From Tubulanus polymorphus (taxonomy: Eukaryota; Animalia; Nemertea), in contig NC_134026.1 in assembly GCF_964204645.1 (NCBI RefSeq), positions 30,786,150 to 30,850,149 of the forward strand: a stretch of DNA of 64,000 bases. The letters are read 5' to 3'. Under the pieces are notes generated by a model. That model was not told the origin of the DNA. It searched no databases and was given only the letters and a program-made list of their open reading frames with translations. The position numbers were made by a program, and so were the translations under genes. Of the stretch, positions 17,611 through 28,340 are shown in pieces. The number at the start of each line of letters is the position of its first letter. The first letter of the stretch is position 1.

Positions 17611-18499
17611 TATTTGGAGGGCAGGTTTCAATATTCCGTAACAAAAACTCTCTGCCGGCAGCTACTTTCAGTTTCACAGAATTCCAGAATAGGTAGAGCG
17701 TATCTAGGTCCCCAGACTCTCTACCGGCCGCTTCTATCAGGTTTACAGATTACAAACTCTCTACCGGCCGCTTCTATCAGGTTTACAGAATTCCAGAATA
17801 GGTAGAGCGTATCTAGGTCCCCACATTACAAACCGGTTAACTTAAACCAATTTTAAGCAACTGGTTCCAAAGCTGATTCTGTCCAATCAAAACTTGTTAT
17901 TCCAGTATTTCTGTAGACACTGTCTATTCTATAAATTTTATGTCCCGTTCTATTGTACACCGATGGTGTATTTGAAAATTCTATGTGTCATTTAGATTGA
18001 ATTAATGTTTTGAATTGAATGATCATTAAAAAAATTCCAAATGTCAAGTTAGATCCATTTTGTGGTAGGGAACTATCGGAGTGTCACCTTTTAGATAAAT
18101 CATGACGCCTTCACAACCTGGACCCATAATCTGCGTTCCTTTGTAGATTTGACACTAGAGTTGGGATTAGCTGATATTTTGATATTCCCGATAGTAGAGT
18201 GAGATTTCAATCGAGAAATGTGGAACCGAATCCTGTTTGGTATCTGTTCCAGTTTTATGTGTCCTTTTTCATGCGGTCCTATAGTATAATATCATGCATA
18301 CATTTGATAGTTAGTGTATTTATTTTTGTCATTAACGTGTGTCAAAACATATCTTGAATGGCCATAAAACGCAAAGCCTTATTACAGTTCATTATCTATT
18401 AGACTATGTTATTCAGTCCATAGTTTCGAACTAAGTTGGTCGAAAGAGACACCTGATTTCTAAAGTGTAAGAATAAGAAGATTGCACCTATCTATCGAG

Positions 18500-19591
18500 A
18501 TGGGTATGAACAGAAGCGAAGAAGATCTGGATCACCATGAGGTTGTCTGGGGAGAAGATGGTCAAGAAATGGATGATTTTACTAAAGGACTTCACGTGTT
18601 TGTCGCGTATATAGCGCCATTTTTCTACATACAAGGAATAATAGGCAACATATTTGTGTTGTTCGTATTTCTGAAGAGTCGCAGTTATCGAACTCGGGAA
18701 GTTGTTGACTATTTGATACCGTTATCAATAGCTGATCTTATATTCTTGATATTTTGTGCATTGTTGACCTGGCTCCACCTTGATGTACCAAACGCGATAT
18801 TCAGCGACCGAGATTCCTTCACGGACATCCTCTCGACCCCCGCTCGGTGTAAAGGTATCTCATATGTGGGATTATGTGGCGCGTTTTGGGCCTCATGGAC
18901 GATCGTACTGTTTACGTGGGAACGGATGGTTCTGGTTTGGCGCGAGAAAGTTGTTATGTCGAGGAAGCTGAGATATATATTACTGGGTGTAATATTCATG
19001 GTCGGTTTATTAAGTATGATATGTGTTCTTGTCGCTTACGACATCGACGACGATGGACACTCAGTTGAATGTTGGTACGCATTAGATAGAGAAGAAGGAG
19101 GATTGCTCAGTTATTTGGGACCATTCCTCATTCATTGCGCCGTTTACACTTTACCGATGATTCTTGTTTGGATCGGAAATGCTATAATCGCTTGCAAACT
19201 TTGTAGAGGAGACAAATCTACCGATGAGGAATATTTGAACAGACGCAAAAAGGAAAGAAAAGTAGCGTATCAACTGGTCGCTATTTCTGCTTTGTTTCTC
19301 TTCTTCACGACACCCTATTCTATATTAGATTGCTGGGGACATGTTCTGTTATATAAAATTGATATCCTAGGTGAACATGAATATGCCTTGAAATTTACTC
19401 ACGCTGTTTTTGGTCTGTACGATTTTCTGTTACGTTTCGTTTTCTTGAACAATTGTTTTAACTATTTGATATATATAATATCGTTGGACTGGTTCCGTGC
19501 CGAGGTGCGCGCCATGTTTGGTTGTAAGAAACAACAAGAGAAATACAATATGACTGTCGAACCCTCGAAAACAGAGGTTACACAGTTTTAG
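18500..19591 (+). CDS. Intronless rhodopsin-class GPCR, copy 3 (type A)
   Basis: As copy 1. Confidence 0.9.
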   Translation: MGMNRSEEDLDHHEVVWGEDGQEMDDFTKGLHVFVAYIAPFFYIQGIIGNIFVLFVFLKSRSYRTREVVDYLIPLSIADLIFLIFCALLTWLHLDVPNAIFSDRDSFTDILSTPARCKGISYVGLCGAFWASWTIVLFTWERMVLVWREKVVMSRKLRYILLGVIFMVGLLSMICVLVAYDIDDDGHSVECWYALDREEGGLLSYLGPFLIHCAVYTLPMILVWIGNAIIACKLCRGDKSTDEEYLNRRKKERKVAYQLVAISALFLFFTTPYSILDCWGHVLLYKIDILGEHEYALKFTHAVFGLYDFLLRFVFLNNCFNYLIYIISLDWFRAEVRAMFGCKKQQEKYNMTVEPSKTEVTQF

Positions 19592-20127
19592 AATAAATTC
19601 TGAGTCCGCAGATTGTTAGAAAATATGTATTTAAGAAAATCTTGTATATGAATGAGCAAATATCATATTCTTAACCAGAGTGAGTGTAGTATATCCAAAG
19701 TTTAGACTTGACATGCTAATGGTCATCTTTCGGGAATACTATTACTGAAGATGACTATTAGGATTTAGGCCAAGTCGGAAGGTTGATTAAACTACCAGCT
19801 CAAGAAGGATACATTTCAGACTTTATTTTTCATTCTCAGAGCAGGGATTTTATAGCTTTAACAATACTGATTCAGAGTGTTTCATCAGCAGCGAGTTGTT
19901 AGAATAGACTAATCCTAGTTTGATTTTCATTATCAGAATGGCCAATACTTAACATTCATCTTTCCACATTGATTAAAACTTGACTTAAAACTTTTCAATT
20001 GTCGGGTTTTCACATTACCTGATACACGTCCACATAATCATATTGTCGTTTATTTTTGTTTTCGTTTTAAGTGTGTTCTACGATTTATCATTATTAATAA
20101 AAGTGTTGTATCTAAATCACATAATTT

Positions 20128-20329
20128 CAACGTTGAATTTTCTTTTGATATTATACGGCTGTATCTTACACCACACAGTAGGAATGTGATCACTCCACTG
20201 TGGATATATGGACAACCAAACAGTGGATACGAGGAATGCGTAATGATTTTCAATATACACGCTACTCCGAAATGGGAGGATGATTGGTGCACAAGCGACA
20301 GAAAGTTCGTCTGCGAAGAAAGACCGTAA
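20128..20329 (+). pseudogene. C-type lectin terminal exon remnant (copy c)
   Basis: Near-identical to copy a. Confidence 0.75.
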
Positions 20330-20767
20330 TTTGAAGATGGCAGGTTTCAATATTCCGGAACAAAAACACTCTACAAACTGATACTCTTTCAGGTTTACAG
20401 ATTACGCTGTTTTGAAATATGTGGAGTGTATTCTGCAGTTGAACCAAATGCACCAGAAGAGAATTCCAGAATCGGACGGAAGCAAAAAGACCTGGCAAAA
20501 CATTTCGGATCTTAGTTTTAGTTCCTTGTCTCATAGTTTAACAACACATTATAGTACATAAAAGCATGTTAGTGTTGGCAAACCATGTATCGAGTGGCAA
20601 TCGTCACAGTTCGTGGTTATAACCAAGTCCAAAACAAGTGCTCACGTAACTAAGGGTCAAAATCTATTAGACTATGTTATTGAGTCCATAGTTTCGAACT
20701 AAGTTGGTCAAAAGAGACACCTGATTTCTAAAGTCTAAGAATAAGAAGATTGCACCTATCTATCGTG

Positions 20768-21862
20768 ATGGGTATGAACAGGAGCGAAGAGGATCTGGAT
20801 CACCATGAGGTTGTCTGGGGAGATGAAGGTCAAGATAATGAGGATTTTATCAAAGGACTTCACGTGTTTGTCGCGTATATAGCACCGTGTTTCTACATAC
20901 AAGGAATAATAGGCAACATATTTGTGTTGTTTGTATTTCTGAAGAGTCGCAGTTATCGAACTCGGGAAGTTGTTGACTATTTGATACCGTTATCAATAGT
21001 TGATCTTATATTCTTGATATTTTTCGCCCTGTTGACCTGGCTCCATCTTGATGTACCAAATGCGATATTCAGCGAGGGAGAAAAATCCTACACGGACATC
21101 TTCTCGACCTCCGCTCGGTGTAAAGGTATCTCATATGTGGGATTATGTGGCGCGTTTTGGGCCTCATGGACGATCGTACTGTTTACGTGGGAACGGATGG
21201 TTCTGGTTTGGCGCGAGAAAGTCGTTATGTCGAGGAAGCTGAGATATATATTACTGGGTGTGATATTCATGGTCGGTTTATTAAGTATGATATGTGTTCT
21301 TGTCGCTTACGACATCGACGACGATGGACACTCAGTTGAATGTTGGTACGCATTAGATAGAGAAGAAGGAGGATTGCTCAGTTATTTGGGACCATTCCTC
21401 ATTCATTGCGCCGTTTACACTTTACCGATGATTCTTGTTTGGATCGGAAATGCTATAATCGTTTGTAAACTTTGTAGAGGAGACAAATCTACCGATGAGG
21501 AATATTTGAACAGACGCAAAAAGGAAAGAAAAGTAGCGTATCAACTGGTCGCTATTTCTGCTTTGTTTCTCTTCTTCACGACACCCTATTCTATATTAGA
21601 TTGCTGGGGACATGTTCTATTATATAAAATTGATATCCTAGGTGAACATGAATATGCCTTGAAATTTACTAGCACTGTTTTCGCATTGCATGATTTTTTG
21701 TTACGTTTTGTTTTCTTGAATAATTGTTTTAATTATTTGATATATATAATATCGTTGGACTGGTTCCGTGCCGAGGTGCGCGCCATGTTTGGTTGTAAGA
21801 AACAACAAGAGAAATACAATATGACTGTCGAACCCTCGAAAACAGAGGTTACACAGTTTTAG
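20768..21862 (+). CDS. Intronless rhodopsin-class GPCR, copy 4 (type B)
   Basis: As copy 2, with F>C in TM1 (APCFY). Confidence 0.9.
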   Translation: MGMNRSEEDLDHHEVVWGDEGQDNEDFIKGLHVFVAYIAPCFYIQGIIGNIFVLFVFLKSRSYRTREVVDYLIPLSIVDLIFLIFFALLTWLHLDVPNAIFSEGEKSYTDIFSTSARCKGISYVGLCGAFWASWTIVLFTWERMVLVWREKVVMSRKLRYILLGVIFMVGLLSMICVLVAYDIDDDGHSVECWYALDREEGGLLSYLGPFLIHCAVYTLPMILVWIGNAIIVCKLCRGDKSTDEEYLNRRKKERKVAYQLVAISALFLFFTTPYSILDCWGHVLLYKIDILGEHEYALKFTSTVFALHDFLLRFVFLNNCFNYLIYIISLDWFRAEVRAMFGCKKQQEKYNMTVEPSKTEVTQF

Positions 21863-22405
21863 AATAAATTCTGAGTCCGCAGATTGTTAGAAAAAATGTA
21901 TTTAAGAAAATCTTGTATATGAATGAGCAAATATCATATTCTTAACCAGAGTGAGTGTAGTATATCCAAAGTTTAGACTTGACATGCTAATGGTCATCTT
22001 TCGGGAATACTATTACTGAAGATGACTATTAGGATTTAGGCCTAGTCGGAAGGTTGATTAAACTACCAGCTCAAGAAGGATACATTTCAGACTTTATTTT
22101 TCATTCTCAGAGCAGGGATTTTATAGCTTTAACAATACTGATTCAGAGTGTTTCATCAGCAGCGAGTTGTTAGAATAGACTAATCCTAGTTTGATTTTCA
22201 TTATCAGAATGGCCAATACTTAACATTCATCTTTCCACATTGATTAAAACTTGACTTAAAACTTTTCAATTGTCGGGTTTTCACATTACCTGATACACGT
22301 CCACATAATCATATTGTCGTTTATTTTTGTTTTTGTTTTCGTTTTAAGTGTGTTCTACGATTTATCATTATCAATAAAAGTGTTGTAACTAAATCACATA
22401 ATTTC

Positions 22406-22603
22406 AACGTTGAATTTTCTATTGATATTATACGGCTCTATCTTACACCAAACAGTGGGAATGTGATCACTCCACTGTGGATATCTGGACAACCAAACAG
22501 TGGATACGAGGAATGCGTAATGATTTTCAATATACATGCTACTCCGAAATGGGAGGATGATTGATGCAAAAGCGGCAGAAAGTCCGTCTGCGAAGAAAGA
22601 CCA
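22406..22603 (+). pseudogene. C-type lectin terminal exon remnant (copy d) with a nonsense mutation
   Basis: GAT GAT TGA TGC: the W of DDWC has become TGA at about 22562. Confidence 0.8.
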
Positions 22604-23384
22604 TATTTGTTGGGCAGGTTTCAATATTCCGTAACAAAAACTCTCTGCCGGCCGCTTCTATCAGGTTTACAGAATTCCAGAATAGGTAGAGCGTATCTAG
22701 GTCCCCACATTACAAACCGGTTAACTTAAACCAATTTTAAGCAACTGGTTCCAAAGCTGATTCTGTCCAATCAAAACTTGTTATTCCAGTATATCTGTAG
22801 ACACTGTCTATTCTATAAATTTTATGTCCCGTTCTATTGTACACCGATGGTGTATTTGAAAATTCTATGTGTCATTTAGATTGAATTAATGTTTTGAATT
22901 GAATGATCATTAAAAAAATTCCAAATGTCAAGTTAGATCCATTTTGTGGTAGGGAACTATCGGAGTGTCACCTTTTAGATAAATCATGACGCCTTCACAA
23001 CCTGGACCCATAATCTGCGTTCCTTTGTAGATTTGACACTAGAGTTGGGATTAGCTGATATTTTGATATTCCCGATAGTAGAGTGAGATTTCAATCGAGA
23101 AATGTGGAACCGAATCCTGTTTGGTATCTGTTCCAGTTTTATGTGTCCTTTTTCATGCGGTCCTATAGTATAATATCATGCATACATTTGATAGTTAGTG
23201 TATTTATTTTTGTCATTAACGTGTGTCAAAACATATCTTGAATGGCCATAAAACGCAAAGCCTTATTACAGTTCATTATCTATTAGACTATGTTATTCAG
23301 GCTATAGTTCCGGACTAAAGTTGGTCGAAAGAGACAACTGATTTCTAAAGTGTAAGAATAAGAAGATTGCACCTATCTATCGAG

Positions 23385-24476
23385 ATGGGTATGAACAGAA
23401 GCGAAGAAGATCTGGATCACCATGAGGTTGTCTGGGGAGAAGATGGTCAAGAAATGGATGATTTTACTAAAGGACTTCACGTGTTTGTCGCGTATATAGC
23501 ACCGTTTTTCTACATACAAGGAATAATAGGCAACATATTTGTGTTGTTTGTATTTCTGAAGAGTCGCAGTTATCGAACTCGGGAAGTTGTTGACTATTTG
23601 ATACCGTTATCAATAGCTGATCTTATATTCTTGATATTTTGTGCACTGTTTACCTGGCTCCACCTTGATGTACCAAACGCGATATTCAGCGACCGAGATT
23701 CCTTCACAGACATCCTCTCGACCCCCGCTCGGTGTAAAGGTATCTCATATGTGGGATTATGTGGCGCGTTTTGGGCCTCATGGACGATCGTACTGTTTAC
23801 GTGGGAGCGGATGGTTCTGGTTTGGCGCGAGAAAGTTGTTATGTCGAGGAAGCTGAGATATATATTACAAGGTGTAATATTCGTGGTCGGTTTATTAAGT
23901 ATGATATGTGTTCTTGTCGCTTACGACATCGACGACGATGGACACTCAGTTGAATGTTGGTACGCATTAGATAGAGAAGAAGGAGGATTGCTCAGTTATT
24001 TGGGACCATTCCTCATTCATTGCGCCGTTTACACTTTACCGATGATTCTTGTTTGGATCGGAAATGCTATAATCGCTTGTAAACTTTGTAGAGGAGACAA
24101 ATCTACCGATGAGGAATATTTGAGCAGACGCAAAAAGGAAAGAAAAGTAGCGTATCAACTGGTCGCTATTTCTGCTTTGTTTCTCTTCTTCACGACACCC
24201 TATTCTATATTAGATTGCTGGGGACATGTTCTATTATATAAAATTGATATCCTAGGTGAACATGAATATGCCTTGAAATTTACTCATACTGTTTTCGGTT
24301 TGTACGATTTTCTGTTACGTTTCGTTTTCTTGAACAATTGTTTTAACTATTTGATATATATAATATCGTTGGACTGGTTCCGTGCCGAGGTGCGCGCCAT
24401 GTTTGGTTGTAAGAAACAACAAGAGAAATACAATATGACTGTCGAACCCTCGAAAACAGAGGTTACACAGTTTTAG
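23385..24476 (+). CDS. Intronless rhodopsin-class GPCR, copy 5 (type A)
   Basis: As copy 1, with L>Q and M>V in TM4 and N>S in ICL3. Confidence 0.9.
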   Translation: MGMNRSEEDLDHHEVVWGEDGQEMDDFTKGLHVFVAYIAPFFYIQGIIGNIFVLFVFLKSRSYRTREVVDYLIPLSIADLIFLIFCALFTWLHLDVPNAIFSDRDSFTDILSTPARCKGISYVGLCGAFWASWTIVLFTWERMVLVWREKVVMSRKLRYILQGVIFVVGLLSMICVLVAYDIDDDGHSVECWYALDREEGGLLSYLGPFLIHCAVYTLPMILVWIGNAIIACKLCRGDKSTDEEYLSRRKKERKVAYQLVAISALFLFFTTPYSILDCWGHVLLYKIDILGEHEYALKFTHTVFGLYDFLLRFVFLNNCFNYLIYIISLDWFRAEVRAMFGCKKQQEKYNMTVEPSKTEVTQF

Positions 24477-25769
24477 AATAAATTCTGTGTCCGCAGATTG
24501 TTAAAAAAAATGTACTTACAATAATCCTGTATATATGAATGAGCAAATATTAAATCCTATACAAGAGGAAAAAATGGAGTCCTTAGTAATTTTCTTGATC
24601 ATGAAAGGTTGAATAAACTACCAGCTCAATGAGGAAACATTTCAGACTTTATTTTTCATTCTTAGCGTGTAGGGATTAACAATTCAGTTTGATAGTGTTT
24701 CATCACCAACGAGTTGTTAGAATAGACTAATCCTAGTTAGAACGTTTACTTAACATTCATATTTCCATCTTGATTAAAACTTGACTTAAAACATGTTAAT
24801 TGTCAGGTTTTCACATTTCCTGATCAGCTAATTTCAACTCTAGCGTCAAACTTCGCTAAGGAATAAGGCTCAACTGAAATCGGTGAAAATGAATTTCAAA
24901 TATCAGATTTTTTATTTTCATGAAAGTCGATTATACAAGTCTAGTTTTTCCATGTGAGCGTACTGAAAAAGATTTTACAAGTCCCGAATCCATCTCATTG
25001 ATACAAAAAAAACTCTTTTTTTATTCAAAATGCAATAATATTCATCCAGAAATGTTCATAATTCAATATCGCTGTCATGTGTACTTACAAAAAAACTCAT
25101 GTTTATTTATAATCGCATGCTGTATGTATTCTAAGAATTTACAGTACCAGTTTAATAAAAATTATTCCATGAAAAACGATTTGAATTTCTCATTTGATAA
25201 TGTTATACCTTTCATAACAGTTTGGAAGGTATATCAATGTCAGTGTTTTGAAGATAAACTAAGAGACTAGTGGTGTTTTTGGACTAAATTCTATGAACCA
25301 ATTTTAATACTATGAGACTATAATGACGTTTAGACTCTCAATTCCATAAGCCTTTTCCAAAATTTAAACAGTTCTGAATTAAAGGCTCATATAAGATAGA
25401 TTTCTAGTTTTTCATCAAATTTTGAGGTTTTTCTTCAATAACTGATATAATTCTAGCGTATGTCTATGCAAATCGCAGAATAATGATCGCACTATTGCTG
25501 AGTATATTTTTTGTATTAGTGGTATTAGAACTTGCTGTAGTTGGTGCGTGCTACACGATTTGTTACATATTGCACCTGATTAGATCCGGAACTACAACCA
25601 ACTTCCGCCCGGATACAACCAATCACAATGAAACTATAGATGTGACGTCAGAGTAACTGGTATCATGACGATCAACCCTGGATATCAAAAATGTTTTACA
25701 AAATTGTGGATCTATTCGAATTTGATAAAGGATACATGTGAACTCGTTATATCGGAAATCGTTATATTG

Positions 25770-26140
25770 GACTGGGAACACATGTGAAGTGTGAACAATC
25801 AGTTTTTGATAAGTGTACTGTTACAATGTCTAATAATATCTGGTGTTTGATGTTCATTTTCGATTAAAAATGTCTCGGGCAAAGTTCTGAACATATGTTA
25901 AGTGTGGATAATTAGTTTTTGAAAGTGTGCTGATAAAATGTCTATTGGTCTGTCAGGTGAAGCACTGAACACATGTGAAGTGTGGACGATCATCCAGTTT
26001 TTGAAAGTGTGCTGATAAAATGTCTATTGGTCTCTCAGGTGAAGCACTGAACACATGTGAAGTGTGGACGATCATCCAGTTTTTGAAAGTCTGCAGATAA
26101 AATGTTTGGTGCGTGTAGTTCTGAACACATGTCAGGTGTG
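25770..26140. repeat. Interspersed and locally tandem repeat family (GTGAAGCACTGAACACATGTGAAGTGTGGACGATC..TTTTGAAAGTGTGCTGATAAAATGTCT)
   Basis: Several tandem units here; related copies at about 41700-41850, 42420-42720 and 56545-56760. Confidence 0.75.
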
Positions 26141-26575
26141 TTTCTACAGAATCATATCATCAACTTCAAACGAACGCTTGTTTATAAAATAAAACAATTT
26201 ATTTTATTTTAACATCGCGTTAGTAGTTTACAACATCTCAAACTAAATCAGATAGAAAACATTTACGAACAGTTTTTTTGACATTACGATTTGCATGATC
26301 TTTGAGGTCTCTTCATTGAGGTCAACTTGGATAGAATATATGATAATGCATAAGTACAGAAATAAATAACGTTATAACCTGATTCCAGCACATGATAAAA
26401 ATTGTAGCACATTTAGAGGTCTTAGAAAGATGTAGCATAGATAATATATATTTATAAAATTCAATTTTAACAGTCAGACAGTCGACATTCGGACATTTTT
26501 AGCAAGATAATTTACGGTTAAATTACACAATACAAAATGAAAAAAGAGTTCGAAAATGTTTCCTGAAAATATAGA

Positions 26576-26695
26576 AGTTTATTCGACGTTTCGACTTTAA
26601 CCAAATAGACATCTTCGGGAATACTGTATTCCCTGGGCTAGTGTAGTTTATTCAACGTTTCGACTTCGTCTAAATAATCATCTTCGGGAATACTA
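26576..26695 (-). ncRNA. Two tandem minimal hammerhead-ribozyme motifs (CCGA variant of the CUGA core) in a Penelope-like remnant at about 26512-26770
   Basis: Minus strand reads TATTC-CCGAAGA-T-stemII-GAAA-CG-TC or TT-GAATA twice; stem I TATTC/GAATA is perfect. Confidence 0.55.
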
Positions 26696-27977
26696 GCACA
26701 AGGAAACCTTTTCAGACTCGTATTTCTTTTGTATTTCATTGTTTTACCGTATTCAACGTCACAGAGTTGTGTAATCGGGATTATCTAGTAAGATAGTTGA
26801 CCAAAAAAATGGCGTTATAAGACTCTAAAACATGAGGTATGTATTCTTCACTCTGACTGTAGAAATCATCTTTAGCCAAACGTGCATAAATTGAATTTAC
26901 TAGGGAAAAATTCGGTGAAGTCGATCAATTATTATCTCCAAATGAAATCCGACTTCAACATAGTGAATCGAATTGCAAATACAAATTGAGGTTTGCAACG
27001 GACACGTTTTCACAGTGCCGCTTGACCGAGTTTAACTGTTCACACATTTTGACTTGTTAATAACTAAGAGAAAAAGTAATTCATATATCATCCTAATCAC
27101 ATATAAGCAATATTAATAATTAATTCCTGAGTATATAAACTAATGGTGTTCGAGCTATCACAACAGATTCTAACCTGAGCAGAATTAGGTTTAAGCCTTT
27201 TTTTGCGTTGTGTAAACATGAAGGTAGTTTCGGTCCGTGAGAGTATACACAATCATACTCGAAAAATGGAATGTGAACGTACTCTATCGGTGAGGTATAT
27301 TGACATCTGTGTTGTTTCTTTTCCATTCAATACGTCTGTTTTGATATTGAGTATCATTAATCCGCAAGATATGTGAGGATTTTTCAGTTAATTCTACTTC
27401 TAAAAAGTTCAAATAACGTTATTGCGTCGTGTATTCTTAAGACTATTTACATGGGTGAAGTCTGGACGATCTGATTAATACATTGATATACTGTAATCCA
27501 TGAAATGTCAATGTTTATGCCTGTCGGGTCATAATATAAAAATCCCTTATTTGGTCCAGACAAGTGACTTGCTGGTGAGGTTTTGACAATCAGTATTTCT
27601 AACATGGCGACTTAATAGGGCTGGGTATAGACGGCGGAGTCGCCGTGTTACGTATCTGTGCCAATATCAATGATATGATACAAATATTCTATATAGACTG
27701 CGCGTTCAACGACATTAAATTGATATCAAAGTAGATACGAATATGAAACCCGTAAATACATGTAACGCTCACGAGCTACGTAAATTACCTAACATCAAAT
27801 AACATAGTTTTATACATGCATATTACAAACTCGTCAAGTTTAAACATTGATTAAACATTGAAAGAACATTGATCGTTTCCCTGCTTTCTTTACAAATGTT
27901 TTAACAAGATGCAACCAGAGATAGGACCACGTATAGCTAGCTACAAATATTATTCGAGGTAGACATTCAAATATCAT

Positions 27978-28088
27978 GGACCCAGTTCCACAGTTCTGAG
28001 TCAGAGTTAACTCTGAGTTAAAGTTAGTTCATTTTCAATGAGTTAGGCTCAGAGTTAAATCTTAACTCACAACTGTGGAACTGGACCC
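27978..28088. mobile_element. MITE family with GGRYCCAGTTCCACAG...CTGTGGAACTGGRCCC ends (PIF/Harbinger-like); other copies near 28161-28281, 37790-37880, 48370-48537, 51934-52046 and 56160-56258
   Basis: TIRs plus the shared core GAGTTAACTCTGAGTTAAAGTTAGTTCATTTTCAATGAG. Confidence 0.75.
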
Positions 28089-28340
28089 TGGTCTTCAATT
28101 CTGTCATTATTATCCTCGCTTACCAGGGCTTGATTGTCATCCATGTTGAAGATCAAGCCCCGGACCCAGTTTTACAAAGTAAGTAAAAGAACGCCTAAAT
28201 CGATTCAGGATAATGTGGATCAGATAAAGAAGAAATTAAATCGATTTAAGAGTTAAACTTTTCTTTGTAAAACTAAACCCTGGAAAGTGAGTAACCCGAG
28301 TCGTCACTTTATTGCCCACTCATGTGGCGACCTCTAGAAT

